This document shows positions 1-15,533 of a stretch of DNA of 64,000 bases, one piece after another. Source of the DNA: Octopus vulgaris (lineage: Eukaryota); assembly GCA_951406725.2 (NCBI GenBank), contig OX597817.1, positions 31,682,001 to 31,746,000 of the forward strand, read 5' to 3'. The notes beneath the pieces were generated by a model that saw only the letters and a program-made list of their open reading frames with translations, was not told where the DNA came from and ran no database searches. Position 1 is the stretch's first letter. Each line of letters begins with the position of its first letter. The position numbers and the translations under genes were made by a program.

Positions 1-598
1 AATTGCGTATTGAAGTGTGAACTCACACACACATACATTGTGTATTGAAGTGAGAATACACGCACATATATATGCGTTTACACATATGTATATATACATG
101 TAGATGTAGGTACGTACATATATGTATGTATGCATATATTTTATTTATTACACTATTGTATGACAGCGCCCTCGCGTCGATTCGATGAGATTCGTTCGTT
201 TCGTTCCGTTCTTATTCTCCAAGTACTGTTTTATATATATAATGTAAACACACGCACACACACTTACATATACATACGTAGACACGTATATATGCGTTTA
301 TATATAGTTCTATATGTATATGTAAACATATACTGTCTTTTACTCTTTTACTCGTTTCAGTCATTTGACTGTGGCCATGCTGGAGCACCACCTTTAGTCG
401 AACAAATTGACCCCAGGACTTATTCTTTGTAAGCCTAGTACTTATTCTATCAGTCTTTTTTGCCGAACCGCTAAGTTACTGAGACGTAACACACCAGCAT
501 CGGTTGTGAAGCGATGTTGGGGGGGACAAACACAGACAAACGTATACACACACACACACAGAGACACACACACACACACACACATACACATATATATA

Positions 599-1065
599 TA
601 TATTTATCAAAAGAAAAACAGGATGCAAAGGATTTAGCGGTACATATGTTTCAGCAGAGCGAGACACCTAGACAAAAACAAAGCGTACATACCGTCTTTC
701 ACTCGATATAGAATGAAGAGGTTGGATGTTGAGCTAAAGAGGGAAGGAGTTGGAGGTGGGGTGAATCTTTAATGAGTTTGGGATCGCTGTACGCGACTAT
801 GAGGATTTGCTTCCCAAACTTATAATGTAATACATGTCTTTGGTGTGGTAATTGTGCGCGGCTGAAGAAGGCTATTGACATACATGTTACATCAATTATG
901 CATTGATATAAACTGTCTAATAAAGCCAGAAACATATGTACCGCTAAATCCTTTGCATCCTGTCTTTCTTTTGATAAATATACCCTATCACCTACACCAC
1001 TAACTGGCGTATACAGGTGCTTACTGTTATCAAGTATTCACCCTGAATTTTTTGTACCCAACTTA
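599..1065 (+). mobile_element. Short hammerhead-bearing Penelope-like (pLTR-type) element with upstream inverted partial copy
   Basis: 599-652 is the reverse complement of 929-982; hammerhead at 858-944; ends in (AT)n. Confidence 0.65.
858..944 (+). ncRNA. Type I hammerhead ribozyme motif
   Basis: Stem I gcgg/ccgc; CTGAAGA 862-868; long stem II ggct...agcc; GAAA 929-932; palindromic stem III acatatgt; predicted cleavage after GTA (940). Confidence 0.75.
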
Positions 1066-1068
1066 CAT

Positions 1069-1105
<37 letters not shown>

Positions 1106-1387
1106 CATATACGAGGGCTTCTTTCAGTTTCCACTCACATGGTTTTGGCCGGCCCGAGGCTATAGTAGAAGACACTTGCCCAAGGTGCCACGCAGTGGGA
1201 CTGAACCCGGAAACATGTGTTTGGTAAGCAAGCTACTTACCACACAGCCACTCCTACGCCTATACATACATACATATGTATGTATGTATGTATGTATGTA
1301 TGCATATATGTATGTATGTATGTATATCTATGTATATATATGTATATATATATATATATACATACATACATACATACATACACATAT

Positions 1388-1486
<99 letters not shown>

Positions 1487-1636
1487 TACGTATTTATATA
1501 GGAACTAATCCGCAACAGCTTAGGAAGCGGATATAAAATGATGATAAAATATGTATTTTAAATATACCTCCATGTATATTATGCGTTTAAATGCGCGACT
1601 ACAACATGTTTGTATTTATATGTGTGTGTATGAGCG

Positions 1637-1686
<50 letters not shown>

Positions 1687-2284
1687 TGTATATATATATA
1701 TGTGCGTGCGTATGTATGTATATGTATTTACCAGTGTATATATGCATATGTGGTGTATATATATATTTGCCTGTGATAAGCGTTCCCTCGCGCATGCGTG
1801 TGTGTGTGTTTGCTTCCATAACTGTGCGTCTTTATGATGCTGATTCACAAAAGGAAATTGAAGAAAAGTTATCAACTGATAAGACAAAATGTCTCTCTGT
1901 TTTTTTTTTGTATTTGCTATACAAGCTTCAACAGCGCCAAATACTGTTATAGGATATGAAACAACATACATATATTGTTTCGTAAACGTTAAGAATTCTG
2001 TCTCGTTTTGCCTCTAAAACAGGAAGTATGCAGTAACAATGCTATTCCGCTCCCTTTCATCTTTGCTAAAATAAATAAATAGAATAGAATAAGATAAAGA
2101 GAGAAACAAAAGGTTACTCAAGTAACCTGGTTATGAAGATAAATAGAAACCACATATATTGAAAACATTGGAAAAATATATATTTTGAACCATTTCGTAC
2201 ACCACCTGATTCTTTGTGCACAAACATACACTCACACACACACGTACACACACACACACGTATATGTATGTATATGCATGTATA

Positions 2285-2350
<66 letters not shown>

Positions 2351-2389
2351 TAGATAGATAGATAGATAGATATGTATATATATATATAT

Positions 2390-2437
<48 letters not shown>

Positions 2438-2492
2438 TATCCAAAGTGCCTTCAGAAGAGAAGATGCTTGGCACCTTGTTATATATACATAT

Positions 2493-2537
<45 letters not shown>

Positions 2538-2751
2538 ATATGCATATATATATTGTATACTTATATCGAGCAGTGATAATGAGTACTTAATACTGCATTG
2601 GTGGATAAATATTTAGAGCTTTACAAGACAACCAATGGTTTCATGTGAAAAAAATTTGCACATTTGTCCGAGCGTACTGTGTATATTGATACTTGTCTCC
2701 AAATGTTACTGAAAAGATAATGTGTGTGTATATATATATATATATATATAA

Positions 2752-2940
2752 AGGGAGAATTCACGAAAAAAACAAAAGACGAAGACTGGTGGCGTAGAAA
2801 ACAAACAGATTTATTAATATAACGCTCAGGAATTGAAAAAGTCTTTTACGTTTCGAGCCTACGCTCTTTCACAGAAAGGAACACAGAAAGAAACAAGGAG
2901 AGAAACAAGGAGAGGAAAAAATGTGTGTAGTGGCTACACA
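2752..2940 (-). mobile_element. Short hammerhead-bearing element (same family as 40110 and 47720), core mutated
   Basis: Minus strand cttt-CTGTGAA-a-gagcgtaggctc-GAAA-cg-TA-aaag; downstream body shared with the other two copies. Confidence 0.7.
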
Positions 2941-2961
2941 TGTGTGTGTGTGTGTAAGTGT

Positions 2962-3296
2962 GTGAAGGCGCATGCCTCAGTGGTTAGAGCGTCAAGTTTA
3001 CGATCTTGAGGTTGTGAGTTCGAATCCCGGACCGGGCTGCGTGTTGTGTTTTTGAGCACGACACTTTATTTCACGTTGCTCCAGTTAACTCAGCTGTAGA
3101 AATGAGTTGCGACGTCATAGGTACCAAGCTGTATCGGCCTTTGCCTTTCCCTTGGATAACATTGGTGGCATGGAGAGGAGAGGCCGGTATGCATGGACGA
3201 CTGCTGGTCTTCCATAAACAACCTTGCCCGGACTTGTACCTGGGAGGGTAACTTTCTAGGTGCCATCCCATGGTCAGTTATGACCGAAGGGGGTCA
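2962..3296 (+). mobile_element. tRNA-derived CORE-type SINE, subfamily A
   Basis: A/B-box-like head (cagtggttagagc...gagttcgaatccc), CORE-like tgtgt..ttgagca.gacacttt; further copies at 22405 and 30463. Confidence 0.85.
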
Positions 3297-3314
3297 CAGC
3301 ATACACACACACAC

Positions 3315-3937
<623 letters not shown>

Positions 3938-4060
3938 TTGTGAAAATATTATAATATGTTATAAAATATTATAATAATCCAGGTTTCTCGTAGCACTAGG
4001 CCACTTGGTGTGGAATAAATATACTATTAAATTAGTATCTAATTCTCTCACCCTTATTAA

Positions 4061-4985
<925 letters not shown>

Positions 4986-5609
4986 ATGGATGGACAGATG
5001 GATGAGGGAGAGAGGGGGTGAGAGAGAGAGGGGTGCGTGAGAGAGAGAGAGATAGGGGTTAGTTTGAGAGGTCAAAAGAAGGAGAAATAAATCAAATGGC
5101 TAGATAAATAATGAAAGTAAAAAAAAAGGAAAAGATTTTAAAAATAGGTGGAAAGAAATAGAAAGAGTGAAAAGAAGAAAGAGACGGGTACATCTGTGAG
5201 CTAAAATAGAAGTGCGCTAAAACAGAAGTTTTAACAATCATTAAGATTTTGGGGTCAAAACCACACATGACTCTCTTATATATGCCTCCTACAATCACAC
5301 AGACCCCTGCCTAGCCACGCACACGCATATCTATACAGAAATACATACATGCATACATAGATGCATACAGATACCCGTGTGTGTGTGCCCGCGTGCGCGT
5401 GTATATGTACATGTATGTTATATATATATATATATATATATATATAAGTCTGCAGACACACATGTGCATGAAAAAGCAGTACATACAAAAGATGACGACT
5501 AAAGCCAGCATATATTCACATAGAGTTTATATATTTGAAGATACTCTCATGCATGTACTAGAAATTTTGCTAGAAATCTAGTAATGTTTTACGAGAAATC
5601 TAGTACGAT

Positions 5610-6210
5610 AAGGCGGCGAGCTTGCAGAATCGTTAGCACGCCAGGCGAAATGCTTAGCAGTATTTCGTCTGCCGTTATGTTCTGAGTTCAAATTCCGCCG
5701 AGGTCGACTTTGCCTTTCATCCTTTCGGGGTCGATAAATTAAGTACCAGTTTCGCACTGGGGTCTGTGTAATCGACTTAATCCGTTTATCTGTCCTTGTT
5801 TGTCCTCTCTGTGTTTAGCCCCCTGTGGGCAGTAAAGAAATAGCTATTTTGTCTGCCGCTACGTTCTGAGTTCAAATTCCGCCGAGGTCGACTTTGCCTT
5901 TCATCCTTTCGGGGTCGATAAATTAAGTACCAGTTTCGCACTAGGGTCTGTGTAATCGACTTAATCCGTTTGTCTGTCCTTGATTGTCCTCTCTGTGTTT
6001 AGCCCCCTGTGGGTAGTAAAGAAATAGCTATTTTGTCTGCCGCTACGTTCTGAGTTCAAATTCCGCCGAGGTCGACTTTGCCTTTCATCCTTTCGGGGTC
6101 GATAAATTAAGTACCAGTGACACACTGGGGTCGATATAATCGACTTAATCCGTTTGTCTGTCCTTGTTTGTCTCCTCTACGTGTAGCCCCATGTGGGCAG
6201 TAAAGAAATA
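5610..6210 (+). mobile_element. Deu/Nin-domain-like tRNA SINE, head-to-tail trimer
   Basis: gactttgcctttcatcctttcggggtcgataaattaagtacc occurs three times with ~184-bp period; TSD agaaatctagta (5594-5605, 6211-6222). Confidence 0.88.
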
Positions 6211-6547
6211 AGAAATCTAGTAATATTCATTTGTCTGCATGTGTCTGAATGCAGCTATGTGTAAAGTATTTGTGTATGTTGAAGATGTGATTAATTACAT
6301 CAGTCTTATTCATATATACGTACACGTCCTTCACGCGCTTACCTCGTCTACACACAAAAATACACACATACATGCTCATACACGTAACTATTCTTATTAA
6401 TATAAATTAGATTCTGCCTCTACCTCTGTACTTGACCTGTTTGCGATGTACTTGTGCGCCAGTGTGAGTGTATGTGTGCATGTGAGTGAAGTGTGCGCGC
6501 AGGTGTGTGTGTGTGTGTATGTGCTTGTTTGTGTGTTTGTTTGTATG

Positions 6548-6617
<70 letters not shown>

Positions 6618-6772
6618 TGTGTGTGTGTGTGTGATACATACATACATACATACAAAAATACCCTGTTGTTGATGTTGAAATTCCAATCAAAGTTAGAAAC
6701 CGGTTCTTTCCCTATTGGCAAGAAATCTTGAAATAAACTGAATAATGATATTCACACATACATCCATAAATT

Positions 6773-6831
<59 letters not shown>

Positions 6832-7072
6832 GTATGAATATGTATATGTGTATGTATTTAATATGTATATATGAAAAATATACATATATTTCCAAATTGT
6901 AATTCTTAGATCATAACAATATTTAATAAAGGAAAACTGATATTCTCATGCATACAGTACGAAAACATGTTATTTTACGTGTATGTGTACAAAATGAAGA
7001 AACAGTGACATCCTAATCTGTGGTGGTTTCATTGACGAGAAGGACTTTTCTGAAATTCACTGTAAATTGTTA

Positions 7073-7231
7073 GGCGCAGGAGTGGGTGTGTGGTAAGTAG
7101 CTTGTTTACCAACCACACGGTTCCGGGTTCAGTCCCACTGTGTGGCACCTTGGGCAAGTGTCTTCTACTATAGCCTCGGGCCGACGAAAGCCTTGTGAGT
7201 GGATTTGCTAGACGGAAACTGAAAGCCCGTC

Positions 7232-7313
<82 letters not shown>

Positions 7314-7530
7314 ATGTTTGTATGTCTGTGTTTGTCCTCCCAACATCGCTTGACAACCGATGCTGGTGTGTTTATGTCCCCGTCACTTAGCGGTTCGGCA
7401 AAAGAGACCGATAGAATAAGTACTGGGCTTACAGAGAATAAGTCCTGGGGTCTAGTTGCTCGATTAGAGGCGGTGCTCCAGCATGGCCGCAGACAAATGA
7501 CCGAAACAAGTAAAAGATAAAAGATAAAAG
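7073..7530 (+). mobile_element. tRNA-derived SINE family 1, full length
   Basis: ggcgcaggagtgg head, caccttgggcaagtgtctt, central (AT)(GT) tract, tail gtgctccagcatggccgcag...(taaaaga)n. Confidence 0.9.
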
Positions 7531-8744
7531 GAGGAAGTACACATGCGGAAGGTTGAGGTTTCTGTATAAAGTTGTCTTATTCAGTGCATTATTATAAGAC
7601 AGTATTGACATAAATATAAGACATCCTCCATCATTTTATGACCTCAGTTCATTATTTGGAACAAGAACAACATACAAAAAGCAACATATACTTTTATATC
7701 CACGAAACACTCGTATCAAAATGAATGCAAAATATTTCGGTAACAAAATATCTAATCAGCAATCTACAGGAACGAAAGATTGTTTTACTTTTTGTGAAGA
7801 ATATAAAATAATGTCGAAAAGAAACAGACAAAAATGTTCAATATATATGAAGAAGAGATACACTAAAACCATTGATAGTTTTCAAATGCGTAATATATGT
7901 ATAATAGGATCATCATAACAACGTTGAAACTAATGAAATAGCTGCTTAGAACATTTTTTTGCAACTCTTCGTTGTTAATTAAGTTGCCCGTCTTTTTTAG
8001 TCAACAGCTGAGTTTAGCATCAGAACAAATACGCTATAGAGTTTGGTGATATAGCTGCCTGCATAGACTGTAATCAATCATAATACGTCTTAAAGGAGTG
8101 TCAGATGTTTTAGAAGACCTGTCTTACCGTTTAAATGCTAGTTAGTGTAAGACATTCAAAATTAAATTCTTTTCTTCAGCACATCCTCTGTCTCTTTGTA
8201 AGCGTTTTGTTTTAGTCTTTAGAAATGAATTACTGACAAATAATTAGAAGATTTGGATAATGTTGTTTCATCTAGCACATGGTTTTCAGTGGATGAGACA
8301 TCACTATAATGAAATAGACAAGCCCGTAGTCGTTAAAATCACAGAAAGAACGAAAACCAGAAAGAAAAAAATATATATATATTTAAAAAATAATCTTTTT
8401 ATTTTCTTTATATTACTCGTCAAATACTGATGGTTTTATGAGTCGAACTAATGGCTTACTTTGTTCGTGACATCTAATCTACATCCACAACATCGAACAG
8501 GTAGCTCTCTTTTTCGCAACTGTAAAACCTTATCTAGTTATGTCAATCCTCTGTGCAATCTGTTACTTTCTAAGCCTGCCTTATGATTCATCTGACTGTG
8601 ACCCTGTGTGTATTACTTATCATTATAAGTTTTTGGGGTGTTTATGTCCTTACCGACTGCAAAAATGATGTAAGCCAAAGTTTAGCGGATTCAGCTAAAC
8701 CAAAACCAGAACGCAGGTTCTAATGATAAAAAATTCTTCTTTTT

Positions 8745-8920
8745 CCTATTATTATTATTATTATTATTATTATATGCTTGACTTTTGCTTTATATTTGGC
8801 TCCAAGTCTCACCCAGAGACCTCAAGAGACAACAGGTTGGAAGTTCACGTTGTTGTTATGCCTAGTGTGCCATATATTTGTTTTTTGTTTTTGGTGTTGT
8901 ACTAGTGAACGTCTAAAAAA
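8745..8920 (-). mobile_element. Probable R4/Dong-type LINE 3' UTR with (TAA)n tail
   Basis: Unique segment ending in (TAA)n on the minus strand, embedded in a TAA array next to a recognisable R4/Dong 3' end. Confidence 0.4.
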
Positions 8921-8937
8921 AATATTATTACTATTAC

Positions 8938-8979
<42 letters not shown>

Positions 8980-9054
8980 GATTATTATTATTATTACTAT
9001 TACTATTAATATTATTATTACTATTACTATTATTATTATTATTATTATTATTAC

Positions 9055-9318
9055 TTTATCACAGATTTTGTTGGAGCTCCTGGAGTCTTGCATGCGTAGC
9101 CGGCTTGCTATCTGCAGCTTACAGTACCATGCTATTAGTTCTTTTCAGCTATCTAATACTTTCCTGATCATTCTTGCCGTGCCAAGGAAGCAAACCTTTT
9201 GCAACAATTCTATTGAGCACTCTACTCCAATTTTCTTTATATTCCTCTTGGGCCTTCTCATACTGTTCCCAAAGACCCAATAATAATTGGTACTATCTTC
9301 ACCTTCTTCTTCTTCATC
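9055..9318 (-). mobile_element. R4/Dong (RLE-type) LINE 3' fragment
   Basis: Minus-strand KVKIVPIIIGSLGTV /frameshift/ NIKKIGVECSIELLQKVCFLGTARMIRKVLD matches the R4/Dong C-terminus; (TAA)n tail. Confidence 0.8.
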
Positions 9319-9320
9319 TT

Positions 9321-9401
<81 letters not shown>

Positions 9402-9479
9402 GGTACCTCTGCACCTCCTTTTACAGCCTTTTTGTTTCGTCGGTAATATATCGCTCTTATCATGAAATTTGTATAGTTC

Positions 9480-9635
9480 TGCACCTACATCATAACCGTA
9501 TGTGCGCGACATGATGATCTCATATCAAGATAAACAGCGTATGACCTTGCAGATGGGCCCAGTTAGAATTTTCTTCAGGCCGAGTAGCCCATCCTGCTCA
9601 AAACGTCTCTGGTTAAGGTTTGTGTAAGGATGAAT
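9480..9635 (-). mobile_element. Fragment of the repeat family seen at 54520-55280
   Basis: Reverse complement aligns to ~54890-55060. Confidence 0.7.
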
Positions 9636-9639
9636 GAAA

Positions 9640-10860
9640 CACCTATATTTCTCTTCATACATTTTCCTCGTACAACGCCGCTCCGATCATCCACATCTTA
9701 TTCGGTCAAATCCGAAATCCCAATTTTTGAGGATAAAACGAATTTGTACTGACATAGGGGATTACTGGAAACATGCAATTGCTTTTGTATGTCATTATGT
9801 CAAACGCGGTTACAATGAATCACGATTAAAGGAAATAGCAAATGAAATAGCTAAGATAGTCAAACCTTCACGCATAATTGGCAAAGATTGGCAAAGATAG
9901 TCAAACCTTCACGCATAATTTTAGCTGGCATTTCAAAAGTGTTGCATGAAATTTACCAGCATGTGGCGAAAAAATATCCTCGGTTCAAACATATATTTCT
10001 TCAGCCGCCTATTGTAGCCTTTAGACGGAATAAGAATATAAGAGAATTATTGACCTCTATATCTGACTCCAAGAAAACGAACATTGGAGTATCTGCATGC
10101 TGTACCTTAAAGAACAGCCGCAAGATAAGTAAGCCCTGTTCATTGTGCAACAACATGAATGAAGTGAATTCCATCAGAAATCATAACAGAAATGTTATGA
10201 TTTATACAGAAGGTGAAACATGTAAAAATTCCCATTTGGTGTTACGCTGCAAAATGGACGAAGCACAACTTAATTTATGCTGGTTGTACAACAGAACAAT
10301 TAAATAAAAGGTTTAATGGGCACAGATTCGACGCCAGGCACAATTACAGTAGTTCGATAGAACTTGCTGAACATTTCGTTTCAAGCGGCTACAATTTTGA
10401 AGAAGACTTGAAAATGCATATTCTCAGAAAATATTCTGAATCTGCTTCGCTTTCACTTCTCAGAATTTATGAGGAGAAATATATTTGCGAGTTATTAACA
10501 TCACGCCCTGGAGGAATGAATAAGATGACAGGAGAATATCATCAAATTTATACAAAACTGTTTCATTGAATATTCTTCTTTCTCTCTTTTTCTTTCCTTT
10601 GTTTCTGCCGTCTTCTTTTTTCTGTTTTTTTCTGTCTTTTTCTTTTGGCCTGTTATAAAATTTTAAGTTAAAAACTGATGATGTCACTCCATCAACGTGT
10701 GGACGCTAGTTGCTCTCCTTCATACTTTACATTTAAATTTCTCTAATTTTGAATTTTTATCATTTCTTATTTTGAACTTGACAAAGACAGACTTACTGTT
10801 GAAATATCGTTCAACCAATAAAATATCTTACAATCGAATTGCGATATTCGTCTTGACTAT
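9640..10860 (+). mobile_element. Penelope-like element (Neptune-like), decayed RT C-terminus plus GIY-YIG endonuclease and 3' UTR
   Basis: SDHP..SQFLRIKRIC..KRGY; PPIVAFRRNKNIRELL; Cys cluster; YAAK..LIYAGCTTEQLNKRFNGH..LAEHF..EEKYI..PGGMN, with frameshifts. Confidence 0.85.
10772..10814 (+). ncRNA. Degenerate hammerhead motif in the PLE 3' UTR
   Basis: Stem I ttgaac/gttcaa; core TTGACAA (mutated); stem II gacag/ctgtt; GAAA-ta-TC. Confidence 0.55.
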
Positions 10861-10944
10861 TATCAGTATTGTTATTATTATTATTGTTGTTGTTGTTGTT
10901 GTCATTGTTGTTGTTGCTGTTGTTTTCCGTTCTAATCAAAATTT

Positions 10945-11045
10945 GAAGAGACATAAATGCAGCAGGTCTATATTTAAGAGATGAGGAATTATGTACATTA
11001 TTTACATTGTTTATATTTGACGGATATTTGTCCTCATCTTGTTTG
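10945..11045 (-). mobile_element. 3' tail fragment of the tRNA-hammerhead SINE (see 34708)
   Basis: tttgacggatatttgtcctcatcttgtttg is identical to 34728-34757. Confidence 0.7.
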
Positions 11046-11947
11046 GTGGTGGTGGTAGTGGTGGTGGTGGTAGTGGTGGTGGCGGTGTCGGTGGTGGTGG
11101 TGATGGTGGTTGGTGTTGTTTCTGTTGCTCTTGTTCTTGTCTTTAACTCATAAACGTCGACTCTTAGTATAAAAAGAAAATAATTAACCTCAGCAAACTT
11201 CTCACTTTCTAAAGCTCACTCTCCCGGAGAGCTTTTGAAAAGTCTGTAGTGGGATAAGATCTTGGAAAAATCGTCACATAAACAAGCATAAAGATATGAA
11301 AGCACACGTGCATCACTGTTATAATTTTTCACAGTGAACACACATACATACTCTCATTCACATACACTGTACGAAGCAGAAGCACTCATAGACATGTATA
11401 TGTGAAAAGTAACTCTACACAAAAAGAACAACAGAATACACTCTGAGATAGCTGCAGGTGTATGTATATGGAAACTATTTACAGACAGATGAAAGATTAA
11501 AAATAGTTTTAGCACAATTTGCAGAAAACTTATGGCAAGAATCGCAACGATAAAGTTTGTGCTGTGACCTCTCTTGTACTTCAGAATTTTGGACAGTGAT
11601 AAATAACAACAGTTTATATGATAACGTTATAAAAATTCATAAAGATACCAAGCGGACATATATATATATATAATATATTAATAAATAAAATAAAACATAT
11701 GCATATATATAAACATATATGTACGTACCTACCTCTACATGTACATATACACGCATATATGAGTACAGGACACCAAAAGGACGTCGAACACAATGAGAAA
11801 CGAAAACATAGACACAAACCAAAGGAACTGGACATTTATTAAAAACAGCAAAAAATTAGAATACAGGACAATTAACACAAGGAAAAACCCCTTCTTCAGT
11901 CGCTAAAGCTTTCATCTACTCTACGTTTCGAAGATATATATCACACA

Positions 11948-11993
<46 letters not shown>

Positions 11994-12051
11994 ATAATAA
12001 AACGACAACAAAAGAATGAGACCTCGATATTATGTAAATAGTGGTACTTCT

Positions 12052-12735
12052 GTCACCTTCTCACGGGAAGTCCGCCTACCCATGTATGTTGGTAGAAGTA
12101 CCACCTCCTTTGTCTTCAGAGGACACACGGAATTCCCGCGGGCCACCTCTTCATTAGGAAAACGGACCTCAACTGTACCGTATGCCCGTACCCTTGCAAT
12201 ATAGGCTACGTCTTTCTATATCGGGGACAGGCACTTTTCAATTTCCACATTCTCGAAGTGTTTAAACCTTCTGTTTTGTGGGCAGAAGGATTTAAACATT
12301 ACGGTCCGTTTTTTTTTTTTGTGTGTGTGTGTCGACCACACTGGAGACGATGATATTTTAACGTCACCGCCCTCTCCTTTCATGCTTTTAAATAAACCTT
12401 CCAGCTGATCGACAGGAATGTCGATATTTTCGGTTGCTACCACGGCAACCACCGAAAACTATTTCACATTTTCTTGCTTACTCTCTCGTGTATAATTTCA
12501 ACCGACATTCTGCGGTTGAAATTAATTTCACAAGTAAATTACACAAATTAAATAGTTTTCCCCAAAAATGGAAATAAAAAAATTTCCTCTTGAAGACAAC
12601 AGTTCACCCTAGGGGAAGGGGCACAAAAATCAGTCCAAAAAGACTATACACAGTTTGACAAAACGTTCATAAACAATGGACAACAAATACTGGTCAACAA
12701 TTCCTTCTCCTTTAGTCATTCCCCGGTACCCATCC

Positions 12736-12740
<5 letters not shown>
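12052..12740 (-). mobile_element. Tx1/L1-type LINE 5' end (5' UTR plus decayed ORF1 N-terminus)
   Basis: Minus-strand RTVMFKSF..IEKCLSPI*KDVAYIARVRAYGTVEVRFPNEEVA..VVLLPTYMGRRT..VTEVP resembles RRM-type ORF1. Confidence 0.5.
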
Positions 12741-12820
<80 letters not shown>

Positions 12821-12892
12821 GTATATATATATATATATGTGTATGTATATATAAATATATATATGTATATATGTATATATGTATGTATATCT

Positions 12893-12981
<89 letters not shown>

Positions 12982-13458
12982 GTGATACTTTCGAGTGTAG
13001 CAGAATAAATACTCTCCAATATTGGAGGCAAGTTTGAAAGAAACGAAAGGGTGTTGGCTCAGATCCCTTACAGAATTTAATTTTATTTCTGCCTTTCAAG
13101 TTTAAACCCTGCTTCTTTTATCTTTCCTCCTTTACAGGAGAATCAAATATTTTCTAGTCGTATGATGTGGTGTATACAATTGGCTATATTCTCATCATCA
13201 TAGCATCGTATGATATTGTGACTCTTCATCTGAGAAGGTCATGCTTATAAACTCGACCAGGAAGCGGAAGGAAACCGTTTATTACTTATTAATGAAAGCC
13301 TGCAAACAGAAATTTCTTTATTCTGAAAGAATCCATAGATATTCATAATTATATTAGAATATTGAGATTTTCGTTCTAATATGTTTACATTAAATTTCGC
13401 TAGAGTTGTCTCTTCCTTTTATAGTTCTAAGAAATAAGTTCCGGCCAAGCACTACGAC

Positions 13459-14240
13459 GTGAAAGTGCATGGTCTAGTGATTATAATACAACACTCACGA
13501 TCGCAGGTCGCAGTTTCGATTTCTGGAGAGTGCGGTGCGTTGTGTTTTTCAGCAAAACACTTCATTTCAAGTTGTTAAGTTTACTCGTCTGTAAATGAGT
13601 ACCGTAAATCTTCGAGTATAGTCCGCCCTTGAGTATAATACGCAGGGAACTTTTAGGGGGCTGTACTTCTGAAAAACCTAAACTTTGTGTATAATACACA
13701 CCCCTTATCTAACTCGAGTCGTGTGTAATTAAACCAGCAGCACCTAGTTGAACAAACACCTCCGCGCATGCATAATACAATAATGGTGATGTTCTTAACT
13801 GTTATATGGGAATGCAAATATGTTTGCAAATTGTTTTTGTTAAGTGTTATTCTGTGTACTGAATATTTTTATGTTAATAAATGTTGCTTACTGCAAGTTA
13901 TGGATGATTCTTTTATGACTTCATTGCTTTCAGGCTTAGCTTAAGGTATTTTCGCGCCCGACATCACATAATGCGTCCGAATAAACATTGCCGGACAGCA
14001 AATAGAGACACGGACATTGCTTATAAAATATTTTTCATTTTTAACCTCGTATATAATACGCACTAGGGATTTTGACCGTTAAATTTGGGGGAAAAAATGC
14101 GGATTATACTCGAGGATTTACCGTAATCATATGACGGATTGGCGATCATTTCAGTGAGAACGTTTTGATTTCGATTACATATACGCCATAGAAATCGGGT
14201 AACCAGCCCTGTGAACCACAAGACCCAAGATGACAACGTC
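13459..14240 (+). mobile_element. Diverged CORE-type SINE split by a MITE
   Basis: Head and CORE at 13459-13600; body resumes after 14125 and resembles the 16711-16976 copy. Confidence 0.65.
13602..14123. mobile_element. Tc1/mariner (pogo-type) MITE
   Basis: TIR ccgtaaatcttcgagtatagtccgc / gcggattatactcgaggatttaccg; TA on both sides. Confidence 0.82.
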
Positions 14241-15294
14241 TAAGCGTTGATGACGATGAAGTTCTACGGTCAAGTCGATGTAATCATCTATGCCCTACCG
14301 CAAATTTTGTCCTTTTGGTTAAGCTAGAAATTAATATATTTACGTCGAACTATTGACTGAAATGTTCTAACGTACTTTCTAATATCTCGATGCATCTGGT
14401 GTCACCAGTATTTAGATACATCAATCTGGGTAGTCTTCCATGCATATGGTTCTGTATATTGTTATTACTATGACATCATGCCACATAGGACGGTAGTAGC
14501 TTGCTGACATTTTGCAACAGCTGTTGAGGATGTGGGAGTTACAGCCATATGTTAGTATGCATGTACGTATAAATGTTTTTTATTCATATATTTACTATTA
14601 ATATTGTGTCTACGTAAATCTTTAATGTTTTTCTACGAATCTACATATAATAATTATATGCTCTTGAGATAGAAAGAATTGTGCTCTTATTTTAGTCATT
14701 TCTCTTTAATTAAAGAGATACTTCCATCCGAGATATTTTTATACTTATTCATAGCAACACATCAAGCCTTACTATTATATTGTTATCTTTGCGTAAGTTT
14801 TACTCGTACCCCGCCAGCCCAACCAACCAACACCACCAACAACACCACTACCGCCTCCTCCCCATCAACACCAGCCCCCTCCGACGACAATCTTACAATC
14901 ACCATCTTCACCACTAACATCAACACGAAAGACCCAACTCACTCCACCAACATTCACACCACAGTCATCATCACCATTATTAACAACCCCACTAATATCT
15001 CCATCACCACCGCCATCACTAACACCACCACCACCCCACTTATGCCACCATTACACGCACAGAAGCAACTGTTCACCATTCCAACTTAATCTCATAGCAT
15101 TATTTCAGGTTATTCAAAACAACTTACAATTTTATCAGCGCTTCATCAGCAAAAATAATGATACTCTGAACATTATAAAACAGATTTCTCTTTATCTCCT
15201 ATTATACGTCATAATAACAGTAACAACAAATAACAATAATACATACACACATACTCACCTACATGCACACATATACATACATACACACATACAT

Positions 15295-15329
<35 letters not shown>

Positions 15330-15371
15330 CATACATACACATACTCACCTACACACACATACATACATACA

Positions 15372-15403
<32 letters not shown>

Positions 15404-15411
15404 TACATACA

Positions 15412-15443
<32 letters not shown>

Positions 15444-15456
15444 TACATACATATAT

Positions 15457-15533
<77 letters not shown>

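Larger units (their letters stand above)
336..1262 (-). mobile_element. tRNA-derived SINE family 1 (central microsatellite), split by an insertion at ~599-1065
   Basis: 3' half (336-545) and tRNA head/CORE-like half (1111-1262) match the reverse complement of intact copies at 7073 and 58253. Confidence 0.85.

Noticed and set aside
5610-6210. Regular direct repeats resembling a CRISPR array
   Set aside because: Whole ~184-bp units are repeated with no unique spacers; SINE multimer in eukaryotic DNA, no cas genes
14679-15089. Thr/Pro-rich mucin-like ORF
   Set aside because: Degenerate (CAC/CAA)n low-complexity tract with no supporting splice or domain evidence
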